Below are positions 19,158-28,295 of a stretch of 64,000 bases of DNA, one piece after another. Source of the DNA: an uncultured Campylobacter sp. (lineage in GTDB: Bacteria; Campylobacterota; Campylobacteria; Campylobacterales; Campylobacteraceae). The DNA lies in contig NZ_CAJPQR010000003.1 in the NCBI RefSeq assembly GCF_905372745.1, positions 16,748-80,747 on the forward strand, written 5' to 3'. The position numbers were made by a program, and so were the translations under genes. The notes below the pieces were generated by a model that worked only from the letters and a program-made list of their open reading frames with translations, was not told the DNA's origin and ran no database searches. Positions within the stretch are counted from its first letter, which is position 1, and every line of letters starts with the position of its first letter.

Positions 19158-20258
19158 ATGAAAAAATTTTTAGCGATGCTGCTTCTAGGCTTGCTCGGCC
19201 TTGAAGCTAAGATAATCGGTCAGGGCGAGCTAGCGGACTACGGGTTGGTTTTTGCGGACGGCAATGCCGTGGATAAAGACGGCAACATAAAAGCCGTAGG
19301 TAAAAATTTTATGGTCACGGGAACCTTTTCCGACGGTCTTTGCGTGGTTTTTATAGGCGAACAGACCTTTTTTATGGATGAAAACGGCAGACTTGCCGTG
19401 CGTTTGGCGCCCGGCACGGGCTTTAAAACCAGCTTTACCGAGGGGCTAGCAGCCATCGTCAAAAACGGTAAATTCGGCTTCATAGACAAAACGGGCAGGG
19501 TCGTGGTAGAACCCAAATTTGACTATACGGGTATAGCTTTTAGAGACGGCGCGATGATTGTAGGCAGGATGAAATACGGCTACGTGGATAAAAACGGCAA
19601 AACTATCATTTCTCCGCGCTACGACGAGGCAAGGTCTTTTTCTGACGGGCTAGCCTCGGTGCGTATCGCTGATAAATGGAGCGTGATAGACAAAAGCGGC
19701 GCTACCGTTTCAAAGCTAAATTTGGGCCGCCCGATAACTTTTACGGAAGGCTTGGCGCCCGTAAAATTTAACGGACTCTACGGCTTTGTGAACAAGGGTG
19801 CAAACATCGTTATAGAGCCTAAATTTGAATTAGCGTCGCTCTTTAGCGAAGGGCTGGCGGCCGTAAAATCGGGCGGCAAATGGGGTTTCATAGACAAAAG
19901 CGGAAAGTTCGCGATAGAGCCGCGTTTTGACGAAGAAAATCACTTTAAAGAAGACCGCGCCGTAGCGAGGGTCGGCGGGCTGTGGGGCGTTATAGATAAA
20001 AGCGGTAAATTTATCCTTGAGCCGCAAAAATTCGACTATATATTTGACGAGTTTTATGGCGGAATGTTAAATTTCAGCGTAAATAGAAAAAGCGGTTGCC
20101 TAGACGTAGACGGCAAGGTCGTCATAGAACCGAAATTTGACGACATATACGTTTTTGAGGGCGACGCGACGGCCGCTAGCGTGGACTACAAACGCTTGTT
20201 TATCGACAAAAAGGGCCGAATTTTGCCCATTTCTTACTACTTTGAGATAGAAGATTGA
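19158..20258 (+). CDS. Secreted WG-repeat (KWG-type beta-propeller repeat) protein
   Basis: Signal peptide MKKFLAMLLLGLLGLEA. At least 8 repeats of the GL..V...GK(W/F)G(F/V)IDK.G..VIEPKFD type. Confidence 0.75.
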   Translation: MKKFLAMLLLGLLGLEAKIIGQGELADYGLVFADGNAVDKDGNIKAVGKNFMVTGTFSDGLCVVFIGEQTFFMDENGRLAVRLAPGTGFKTSFTEGLAAIVKNGKFGFIDKTGRVVVEPKFDYTGIAFRDGAMIVGRMKYGYVDKNGKTIISPRYDEARSFSDGLASVRIADKWSVIDKSGATVSKLNLGRPITFTEGLAPVKFNGLYGFVNKGANIVIEPKFELASLFSEGLAAVKSGGKWGFIDKSGKFAIEPRFDEENHFKEDRAVARVGGLWGVIDKSGKFILEPQKFDYIFDEFYGGMLNFSVNRKSGCLDVDGKVVIEPKFDDIYVFEGDATAASVDYKRLFIDKKGRILPISYYFEIED

Positions 20259-20437
20259 GTCAAATAGCGCAAAGTATGAAATTACCGCGCGGCGAGATTT
20301 TGCGGGACGGGTAAATTTAAATCGGCGCGGCGACTAAATGCCTAAACGATAGGCGAAACGGCTATTTTAAGTAAATTTAGGGCGGATTTGCACGAGAGTT
20401 TGCGAATTTAACAAAAAACAAATAAAACGGAAAAAGA

Positions 20438-20812
20438 ATGCGAAATTTAATGAAAACCGCGCTTGCAAGCGCGCTAATGCTTAGCGGCTGCGCGAGCGGT
20501 AAAAACTACGCAAATCCGCATCTAGCGCAGCTAAAAGGGCAACATATTCTAACCCTCGTAGACCGCGCGGATTTTGCCGACGTTTGCGTGCGAGAGGACG
20601 GATCTAAGGTTTATTATTTGCAAAATAGCGCAAAAAGCGGCGAGCCGGGGCGGGCTTGCGACGAGACGGCGCCTAGCAAACTAAACGCGGCGTTTTTCGT
20701 CACCGACGAGGACGGCGTCATAACCGGCTACGACGAGATAGGGGGCGCGCCCATAGCTAACTACGAGCCGATGTTTGCGGATCTGTTTAGCCCGCTAAAG
20801 GACGAGCGGTGA
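20438..20812 (+). CDS. Small lipoprotein, function unknown
   Basis: Lipobox LMLSG|CASG. The 3' end overlaps the next ORF start by 4 nt (GTGA). Confidence 0.6.
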   Translation: MRNLMKTALASALMLSGCASGKNYANPHLAQLKGQHILTLVDRADFADVCVREDGSKVYYLQNSAKSGEPGRACDETAPSKLNAAFFVTDEDGVITGYDEIGGAPIANYEPMFADLFSPLKDER

Positions 20813-21456
20813 GACTCGCGCTTTGGCTAACGATACTTGCGGTAAATCTCGCCTCAGGCGAGCTTTTTGACGCCGTTAAAGACGAGTATCTAAGGCTTTT
20901 TAACGAACAAAACTACGGCGCCGCGCTAGAAATTGCTCTGCAAGCCGCAGAGGGCGCGGACGCGCAGGCGCAGCTAGAGGCGGGCTACGTTTATGAGGCG
21001 ATTTACGGAGATTACGTTCGCGCGGTGCGCTATTACAAGCTCTCCGCAAGCGGCGGCGAACCCCAAGCGGCGCTAAATTTGGGCTATTTGTTTTTGCGGA
21101 TGAGCGATTATTCGCGCGCGCTAGACTATATCGGCCAGGCTTTGGAGCGGCAGGAGGCGCTTAGTAGCGAGCGTGCGGCGGACGGGTATTATCGCCGCGG
21201 CATGGTTAGGCTAGATCCGCGCAGAGGCAAGCTTCACGACCCAAAGGCTGCTGTTGCGGACTTTGCTAACGCCGTGCGTCTAGGCGGAGCGGACGGGACG
21301 TTTATGCTGGGCGTTTGCTACGGCCTTGGCGTAGGCGTGAGCGCGGATGAGCAAAAAAGCGACGAACTCGTAGAACGAGCCGCCGGCCTAGGCAGCGAGG
21401 ATGCGCGCAAGGTTTTAAGCGGTTTTGCCGGCATTGCGGATTTTATTTTTAAATAG
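20809..21456 (+). CDS. Sel1-like (SLR/TPR) repeat protein with N-terminal signal/anchor
   Basis: Repeats of the A....G..Y..G.....A..YY..AA..G type (EAGYVYEAIYGDYVRAVRYYKLSASGGEPQAALNLGYLF; MLGVCYGLGVGVSADEQKSDELVERAAGLG). Confidence 0.65.
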   Translation: MRLALWLTILAVNLASGELFDAVKDEYLRLFNEQNYGAALEIALQAAEGADAQAQLEAGYVYEAIYGDYVRAVRYYKLSASGGEPQAALNLGYLFLRMSDYSRALDYIGQALERQEALSSERAADGYYRRGMVRLDPRRGKLHDPKAAVADFANAVRLGGADGTFMLGVCYGLGVGVSADEQKSDELVERAAGLGSEDARKVLSGFAGIADFIFK

Positions 21457-21707
21457 TCCTTTGCGGCGTTTTGCCGCGGCGAGGGCGACTTTGATTTGAG
21501 GTTAAATTTAGCGGCAAAGCCTTACTAAAACTAGGCAAGCGCCCGCAAAAAATCGGCGCAAGAGTTTAGCTCGTTTGCAAAAAGCGGACGAAAAAATCGC
21601 AACCATTTTAAGATGCGCGTCCGGTTTTAAAGGCTAAATTTAGGGCGTGAGGCTTGCCGGTAAATTTAGCTATTTTTGCGCGAGCAAGCGCAATACAAGG
21701 AGAAAAT

Positions 21708-22175
21708 TTGAGCAGAAATTATGACGAAAATCCGCTGGTTTTACAGGATGATTTTTACCGCATCTCGGTTGGCTGCGCATTTTTATTTAGTGCTAACTTT
21801 TTTATGGCGTTTTTGATATTTTTTAGCGGCATAGTGGACTGGGAAAGCGGCTCATTTTGGGAAGTTTTCGCAGCGGAAGCGATGCGAGACGGCAGATTTG
21901 TTTCGATGTTTATAGGGGTTATTTTTGGAAATGTTTTAGCTGCCGCCGACCTAATGAAAAAACTCAAAAATCCCTCGCTTGTTTACCTTTACGAGGATAA
22001 AATTTACCAAACCAAAAAGGGAGTAACGATAAATTTGACAGATATCGTCCAAATGCGAAAATCGCCCTATCAAATTTTAGGAGCGATACCGAAAAATCCG
22101 CTTTCCGCGGTAGTGATCCCGTTTATGTTCGTCTTGGCCGCGTTTATTTTTTATGTACTGATTTTTTATCGCTAG
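21708..22175 (+). CDS. Membrane protein, function unknown
   Basis: The preferred start is TTG 21708, five nt after AAGGAG and in frame with the listed 21654 ORF. There are 3-4 hydrophobic segments. Confidence 0.5.
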   Translation: MSRNYDENPLVLQDDFYRISVGCAFLFSANFFMAFLIFFSGIVDWESGSFWEVFAAEAMRDGRFVSMFIGVIFGNVLAAADLMKKLKNPSLVYLYEDKIYQTKKGVTINLTDIVQMRKSPYQILGAIPKNPLSAVVIPFMFVLAAFIFYVLIFYR

Positions 22176-22179
22176 ATGC

Positions 22180-22389
22180 GTGCTCAGAGCCTTTGACAAA
22201 GACGTAAATTTAAGCTACTTTTGCAACCTTGCCATGTTTAGCGAGACCGGCGTTATAAATATTTATTTCATCTCAAAATCAGACTGCGCCGCGGTGCGGG
22301 AGTATTTTAGGGCGAAACTAGGCACCGATATCGCGAATGCGCCCTGGACGATCAAATTTTACGACGCCGAAAACCTTAAGCGGGTTTAA
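22180..22389 (+). CDS. Small ORF, possibly the displaced C-terminal part of the preceding gene
   Basis: GTG start with no RBS. Its frame opens at 22162 inside a T6 run, and loss of one T fuses it to 21708..22175. Confidence 0.35.
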   Translation: MLRAFDKDVNLSYFCNLAMFSETGVINIYFISKSDCAAVREYFRAKLGTDIANAPWTIKFYDAENLKRV

Positions 22390-22544
22390 ATTCGGCGGCG
22401 GCTTTCGTGTTTGCCTTGCATTAAATTTATCGAGCAAGGATACGATTTATCCCGGATCGCCGCTAAATTTACATATTAAAGGCATGGGTTTTGTGCGCCG
22501 AGATTTCACCGCCTTTGTTTCAAGTCTGCGGCGCGAGTTTTGAT

Positions 22545-23696
22545 TTACTGCGTGCGGTTGTCAAGTTTCTGGGTTTGGTTTCTGCAAATTTCATTGACCT
22601 GCTCACCCTCGCTATTTCGTAAGATAACCTCGTAGTCCGTAATTTCGCGACCTTTGTTATACCCTTCGATATATCTGAATCTAGATAAAACTATTTTAAA
22701 AGATTTTACGTCGTCTAAAGCGTATTTATCGCCGAGTTTGACATAATCAAAATTTTTGCTAGTAAGTGTATGAAAATTACTAAATTTTTGCTTTAAATTT
22801 AGCGTATAAATTTCCGTGGATGCAGCGCCGTTATCGCAGCGGTTAAATTCGTTTTCATTAAAGACAAGCGCGAGGCAAATTTCATCTCCGCAGATAACCT
22901 TGATATCCTTGGCGCTGCTGTTTATACGTATAGTTTGTCGCCATCCCTCGCCTTTGATCTCAAAGACATTGCGAGCGAGCTTTTTGGCTATCTCATCTCC
23001 GACATAGCCTTTGGCTTCTGGTTTATAAGCCCAACCGAGCCCAGAGTAGTTCGGTTCTTGCGGAAAATCCGCAAGCGGAATTTGAAGCCTTCTTATGGCT
23101 TTTAAATTTTCCTCGGTGCCTTGCGGAGCCGCAAAAGAGGTGCCGGGCTGAGAGTGCAAATCAAACGTACCTATAAATTTTCTTATAACTTTATGCGCGG
23201 TTTGAGAAAATATCTTGGCTTCATTCTCAAAAAGCGAAATATCATAGATGCCGTACCTATAATATCTAAGCTTTTTACCCACCCAATCCTGATTCGGCGA
23301 GTGGTTAATTTCGTAATATCCATAGTAGTGCTCCGGCATACCTTTTTGTAACAAAAAGTCGGTATATTCATGGTCTTTATATCTAAGCCAGACTCCAAAT
23401 TCATCTTTAATATATAAATAGCCAAATTCCGCACCTTTGGCAAAATAGCCTTCACCTAGAAAAAATACCGGCCTTTTTTCACTTACCGACAGTACGGGAG
23501 CCTGGGGTAATTTTTTCAATTCTCTCTCAAACCGCTTATTTATGTAATCGCATGCCGGATCTCCGCTTAATTCGGGATCACAACCCAAAGGCGGATCAAA
23601 TAACCACCACAATATAAACCACAATATAAACCACAATACTGCATACACGGCAATAACGCCGCCTAAAACGCAAAGAGCTTTTTTAAAAAATTTCAT
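22545..23696 (-). CDS. N-terminally anchored protein, function unknown (AT-rich)
   Basis: 383 aa. TM anchor ALCVLGGVIAVYAVLWFILWFILWWLF. I recognise no motif. Confidence 0.6.
   Translation of the reverse strand: MKFFKKALCVLGGVIAVYAVLWFILWFILWWLFDPPLGCDPELSGDPACDYINKRFERELKKLPQAPVLSVSEKRPVFFLGEGYFAKGAEFGYLYIKDEFGVWLRYKDHEYTDFLLQKGMPEHYYGYYEINHSPNQDWVGKKLRYYRYGIYDISLFENEAKIFSQTAHKVIRKFIGTFDLHSQPGTSFAAPQGTEENLKAIRRLQIPLADFPQEPNYSGLGWAYKPEAKGYVGDEIAKKLARNVFEIKGEGWRQTIRINSSAKDIKVICGDEICLALVFNENEFNRCDNGAASTEIYTLNLKQKFSNFHTLTSKNFDYVKLGDKYALDDVKSFKIVLSRFRYIEGYNKGREITDYEVILRNSEGEQVNEICRNQTQKLDNRTQ
23607..23638. repeat. 12-nt tandem repeat (ccacaatataaa x ~2.7) inside the TM anchor of the 22545..23696 gene
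   Basis: The units lie at 23607-23618 and 23619-23630, with a partial unit at 23631-23638. They encode the duplicated WFIL-WFIL. Confidence 0.85.
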
Positions 23697-24054
23697 GCTA
23701 GTATTCTACTCCATTTTACCTGAAAAACTCTAAACTGCCGGTCTCACCCTTTTTCACCGTACTAAATTCGGGCTTATTTTGATAAATTTAACCCAAAATG
23801 CAAAAATTTTAATTTTTAAATTTTCTAAAACCTTAAGAAATCAAACTAAGTTTAGGATATATTTTATCTTTTTATATCAAATTTGACTGAAAGGGCGACG
23901 TTTTGCTCATTTGATAAGGAATTTCAATATATAAACTCTATCAAAAACCGGCTAAATTTGAAAAAACTAAGCTAAAATTTTAATCAAAAATTTATAAAAT
24001 TTGTTATATTATCCTCGCGAAAATAAAAGGGATAAAATATATCCTAATTGATAA

Positions 24055-25242
<1,188 letters not shown>

Positions 25243-25337
25243 CGGCTTGTCTTTTGAGCGCTTTTTGCGGAGCTTGCTAAAATTTAGCTCGGCGGACTAC
25301 TTGTCCAGCCTACGCTAAATTTTACCTGCGCAACCCC

Positions 25338-25430
25338 AAAAATCATCTCAAAATACTTTGCCTTAACAATTTAAATTTCATAAATTTGGTTCAAATTTGG
25401 GTTTTTAAAAGCCCAAATTTGAGTTAAATT
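25338..25430 (+). repeat. Diverged copy (C) of the dispersed intergenic repeat, in the nifS-nifU spacer
   Basis: aaaaatcatctcaaaatactttgccttaacaa... aligns at about 80% over the first ~31 nt with 45528-45558 (aaaaatcatctcgcgatacttcgccttatcg). A run of AAATTT words follows. Confidence 0.5.
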
Positions 25431-25579
25431 TAAAAGGAAGCGGGCGGCAGTATCGCGAGATGGATTTGAATGTTGTGAAGCAAAAATGAGCAAGGCTAAC
25501 CAAATAGGTTGCCGCAGCGATATTTTTGCAAACTCATTCAAAGACGCTCGCGAGACAACGCCTCTAAAAAGGAAATAAA

Positions 25580-26572
25580 ATGGCAAAAAATAATCTAATC
25601 GGCGGCTCCATCTGGGACGAATACTCCCAAAACGTCCAAGACCGCATGAACAATCCCAAATTTATGGGCGAGATAACACAGGACGAGGCAAAAGCAAGGG
25701 GTGGCAAGCTCATCGTAGCGGATTTTGGCGCCGAAAGCTGTGGCGACGCGGTGAGGCTGTACTGGCTCGTGGATGAGAAAACCGACCGCATCATGGACGC
25801 TAAATTTAAAAGCTTTGGCTGCGGCACGGCGGTGGCTAGCTCAGATACAATGGCTGAGCTTTGCATCGGCAAGACCGTGGACGAAGCGGTCAAAATCACC
25901 AACATCGACGTGGAAAAAGCCATGCGCGACACGCCCGACGTCCCAGCCGTTCCGCCGCAAAAGATGCACTGTTCGGTCATGGCCTACGACGTTATCAAGG
26001 CCGCGGCGGCGCAGTACAAGGGCGTGGATCCGGAGCATTTCGAGGACGAGATCATCGTGTGCGAGTGCGCGCGCGTGAGCCTAGGCACGATCAAAGAGGT
26101 CATCCGTCTAAACGACCTACACACGGTCGAGGAGATCACGCAATACACCAAAGCAGGCGCCTTTTGCAAATCCTGCGTGCGCCCGGGCGGACACGAAAAG
26201 CGCGAGTATTATCTCGTGGACATCCTCGCAGACACCAGAGCCGAGATGGAGCGGGAGAAAAAGCAAGCCCTCATCGACGCGCAGGCTGTGGGCAAATTTG
26301 ACGACGTGAGCTTTGAAAATATGACCGTCGTGGGCCAGTTAAAGGCTATCGAGAGCGTCATAGATAGGGATATCCGCCCGATGCTGATGATGGACGGCGG
26401 CAACATGGAGATACTCGATCTACAAAAGGACGCCGAGGGTAAATTTGACGTCTATATCAGATATATGGGCGCTTGCAGCGGCTGCGCAAGCGGCGCGACG
26501 GGCACGCTATACGCGATCGAAAACGTATTGCAAGAAAACCTCAGCCCAAATATCCGCGTCCTACCTATCTGA
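25580..26572 (+). CDS. nifU: Full-length NifU Fe-S cluster scaffold
   Basis: 330 aa. The IscU-like N-terminal domain has its Cys residues (SCGDA, GCGTA, MHCS). The central domain has the 2Fe-2S Cys cluster (CECARV...CKSC). The C-terminal NifU domain has CSGC. Confidence 0.93.
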   Translation: MAKNNLIGGSIWDEYSQNVQDRMNNPKFMGEITQDEAKARGGKLIVADFGAESCGDAVRLYWLVDEKTDRIMDAKFKSFGCGTAVASSDTMAELCIGKTVDEAVKITNIDVEKAMRDTPDVPAVPPQKMHCSVMAYDVIKAAAAQYKGVDPEHFEDEIIVCECARVSLGTIKEVIRLNDLHTVEEITQYTKAGAFCKSCVRPGGHEKREYYLVDILADTRAEMEREKKQALIDAQAVGKFDDVSFENMTVVGQLKAIESVIDRDIRPMLMMDGGNMEILDLQKDAEGKFDVYIRYMGACSGCASGATGTLYAIENVLQENLSPNIRVLPI

Positions 26573-26725
26573 TTTGCTTTAGACGGCAAATTTGACGCGG
26601 CTTGGGCTCAAATTTGCGCTAAATTCGGGCGGTTAAATTTAGCCGTCCGAGAAGCTAGTCGCAAATTAAGCTAGCTATTATAAAAGATAGATTGTTTTTT
26701 GGGGTGAGAATCTAGCCGCAAGTAT

Positions 26726-26751
26726 TAATTTCGGGAATTATCCCGAAATTA
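26726..26751. terminator. Perfect 11-bp hairpin between the convergent nifU gene and the 72-aa ORF
   Basis: taatttcggga-atta-tcccgaaatta. It overlaps the stop codon of the minus-strand ORF. Confidence 0.5.
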
Positions 26752-26967
26752 AGCTCTTTTATTTTCTAGGCGGTTTAAAACGGGCTTTAAAAACTCGTCA
26801 AATTCGTCCTGCGTTAGCACTCTTTTGCCTAGTTTTTCCTTGCACTCTTTGCCAAGCTCGCACAAAACCTCTCGGTTTGCTATACTTTGAGCCTTGCCAT
26901 GTCTTGCTAGTACGGTGTTTAGCTCGTGTTCTTCGGAAAAGTTAACCAACTCTCGATCTGTTGCCAT
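26749..26967 (-). CDS. Small hypothetical protein (72 aa)
   Basis: Good RBS (caaaggagctaaaATG). Charged helical composition. I recognise no motif. Confidence 0.5.
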   Translation of the reverse strand: MATDRELVNFSEEHELNTVLARHGKAQSIANREVLCELGKECKEKLGKRVLTQDEFDEFLKPVLNRLENKRA

Positions 26968-27243
26968 TTTAGCTCCTTTGTTAAGAATTTTTGCAGATTA
27001 TACAATTTTTAGCTTTAAAATTTAGCTAAATTTAGCGCCGAATTTGGATACTGAATTTGCCTTGCGGTAGCGATTTTGCCGCAGATTTTAGTCTAAATTT
27101 ACTTGCAAATGCTCAAATTTCTTGCTAAGCAAACAACGGCCGTTACGGGTAGCGTTGGGATTAGCGGCAGATGCGAGTAAAAAGCATCGTAGCAATAAGC
27201 GCGCTTAAAAGCAATTGCCTAAAACTCGCAAATAAAAGTCTAA

Positions 27244-27417
27244 TCAAGCGACCAAGTCGGCTTTTTTTAAAATTTTAGAGATTTGCGCTAAGGCTTTGCT
27301 GTATTCCAGCGCTTCGGCCTCCTTGTCGCTTTAAGCTAGCTTATCTTGGCGGCTTGTATCGTCAATTTTAGGCTCAAATTTAGCTGCTTTGGCGATTTTA
27401 TCTTTTTGCGTTTGCAT
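27244..27417 (-). pseudogene. 57-codon reading frame with a strong SD, interrupted by one in-frame TAA
   Basis: GGAGGcaaaaATG sits at 27417. The frame reads MQTQKDKIAKAAKFEPKIDDTSRQDKLA*SDKEAEALEYSKALAQISKILKKADLVA*. The internal stop is at 27331-27333. Confidence 0.3.
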
Positions 27418-27659
27418 TTTTGCCTCCTTTTCAAATTTAACCCAAAAAACGTTTGTCCCGAATTTCAATTTGCGAAATTAAATTTTTCTACTTCATTTAT
27501 CAAAATACCTAAAATTCCGATAATCGTTTAATGTATGCGTTTTTAGTAATAAAGTTAGATTTTTACATATTCGGTTTTTAAGTTTTATAAAAGTATAAGT
27601 TGTTAATATTCGCTCAGATTTTAATACGAAATCAAATTTAATCACAAAGGAAAAACATA

Positions 27660-28079
27660 ATGTTTAGTGCAAGAAATCAACTAGCAGCTCAAATCACAGA
27701 GGTAAGAGAGGGAGCGGTAAACTCTCTAGTAGTAGCAAAGCTACAAGGCGGCGAGACCGTAAAAGCGACCGTAACCGTAGATAGCCAAAAGGCTCTAGAT
27801 CTAGTAGCGGGCAAAAAGGTGGTTTATCTATTTAAAGCTTCTTCTATCATAGTAGCCAAAGGCGAGAACGGTCTAAAGCTAAGCGCTACTAACCAACTAA
27901 AAGGCAAGGTAACAAAAGTAGTAGAGGGCGCGGTAAACGCTGAAGTAGATATCCAGATAGCCGGCGGCGATAAACTAAGCGCTATCATCACTAATGAGTC
28001 TGCTAAAAACCTAGCTCTAAAAGCTGGCGATGAAGTAACTGCTATAATCAAAGCTAGCCATATTATCATAGGCGCTTAA
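27660..28079 (+). CDS. Di-Mop (tandem TOBE) molybdate-binding molbindin
   Basis: There are two ~68-aa repeats, each starting S(A)RNQL..(K)(I/V)TEV..G.V. (SARNQLAAQITEVREGAVN and SATNQLKGKVTKVVEGAVN). Confidence 0.8.
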   Translation: MFSARNQLAAQITEVREGAVNSLVVAKLQGGETVKATVTVDSQKALDLVAGKKVVYLFKASSIIVAKGENGLKLSATNQLKGKVTKVVEGAVNAEVDIQIAGGDKLSAIITNESAKNLALKAGDEVTAIIKASHIIIGA

Positions 28080-28090
28080 TGCTTTTAATT

Positions 28091-28114
28091 AGCGAGCGGT
28101 TTATGGCGCTCGCT
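28091..28114 (+). terminator. Rho-independent terminator candidate after the mop gene
   Basis: agcgagcg-gtttatgg-cgctcgct, followed by a T-rich tract (gaattgatttgtttttg). Confidence 0.6.
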
Positions 28115-28258
28115 GAATTGATTTGTTTTTGTTTAGATTTGATCCAAATTTATATCACTTAACCCAAAATACTAAATTTATCCACCCAAATTTAACCCAT
28201 GTTTTGTCTGATTTAGTGCTTATTTGCTCTTTATTTTTTCTTAAATTTTTTTATATAT

Positions 28259-28277
28259 AATTTATCTAATCATTATC
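28259..28277. promoter_or_regulatory. Candidate Fur box overlapping the promoter of the TonB-dependent receptor
   Basis: aatttatctAATCATTATC compared with the classical GATAATGATAATCATTATC. The 3' 10 nt are identical and about 13-14/19 match overall. It lies just downstream of tatataat. Confidence 0.45.
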
Positions 28278-28295
28278 AATATTAAGGAGAAAATT

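Noticed and set aside
22147-22167. The T6 runs as genuine phase-variation tracts.
   Set aside because: They are too short, and T runs are not the usual Campylobacter contingency tract. They are reported only as a possible frameshift site.
25564-26406. A stack of alternative-frame and antisense ORFs over nifU (25564..25980, 25773..26078, 25861..26301, 25841..26038, 25984..26169, 26209..26406).
   Set aside because: The nifU frame carries all conserved Cys motifs. The others are Arg/Ser-rich shadows.
27430-27659. A Moco riboswitch or ModE operator upstream of the mop gene.
   Set aside because: The region is AT-rich with no GC-rich conserved helices. There is only a weak resemblance to the ModE TATAT-N-ATATA pattern, and nothing I can support.
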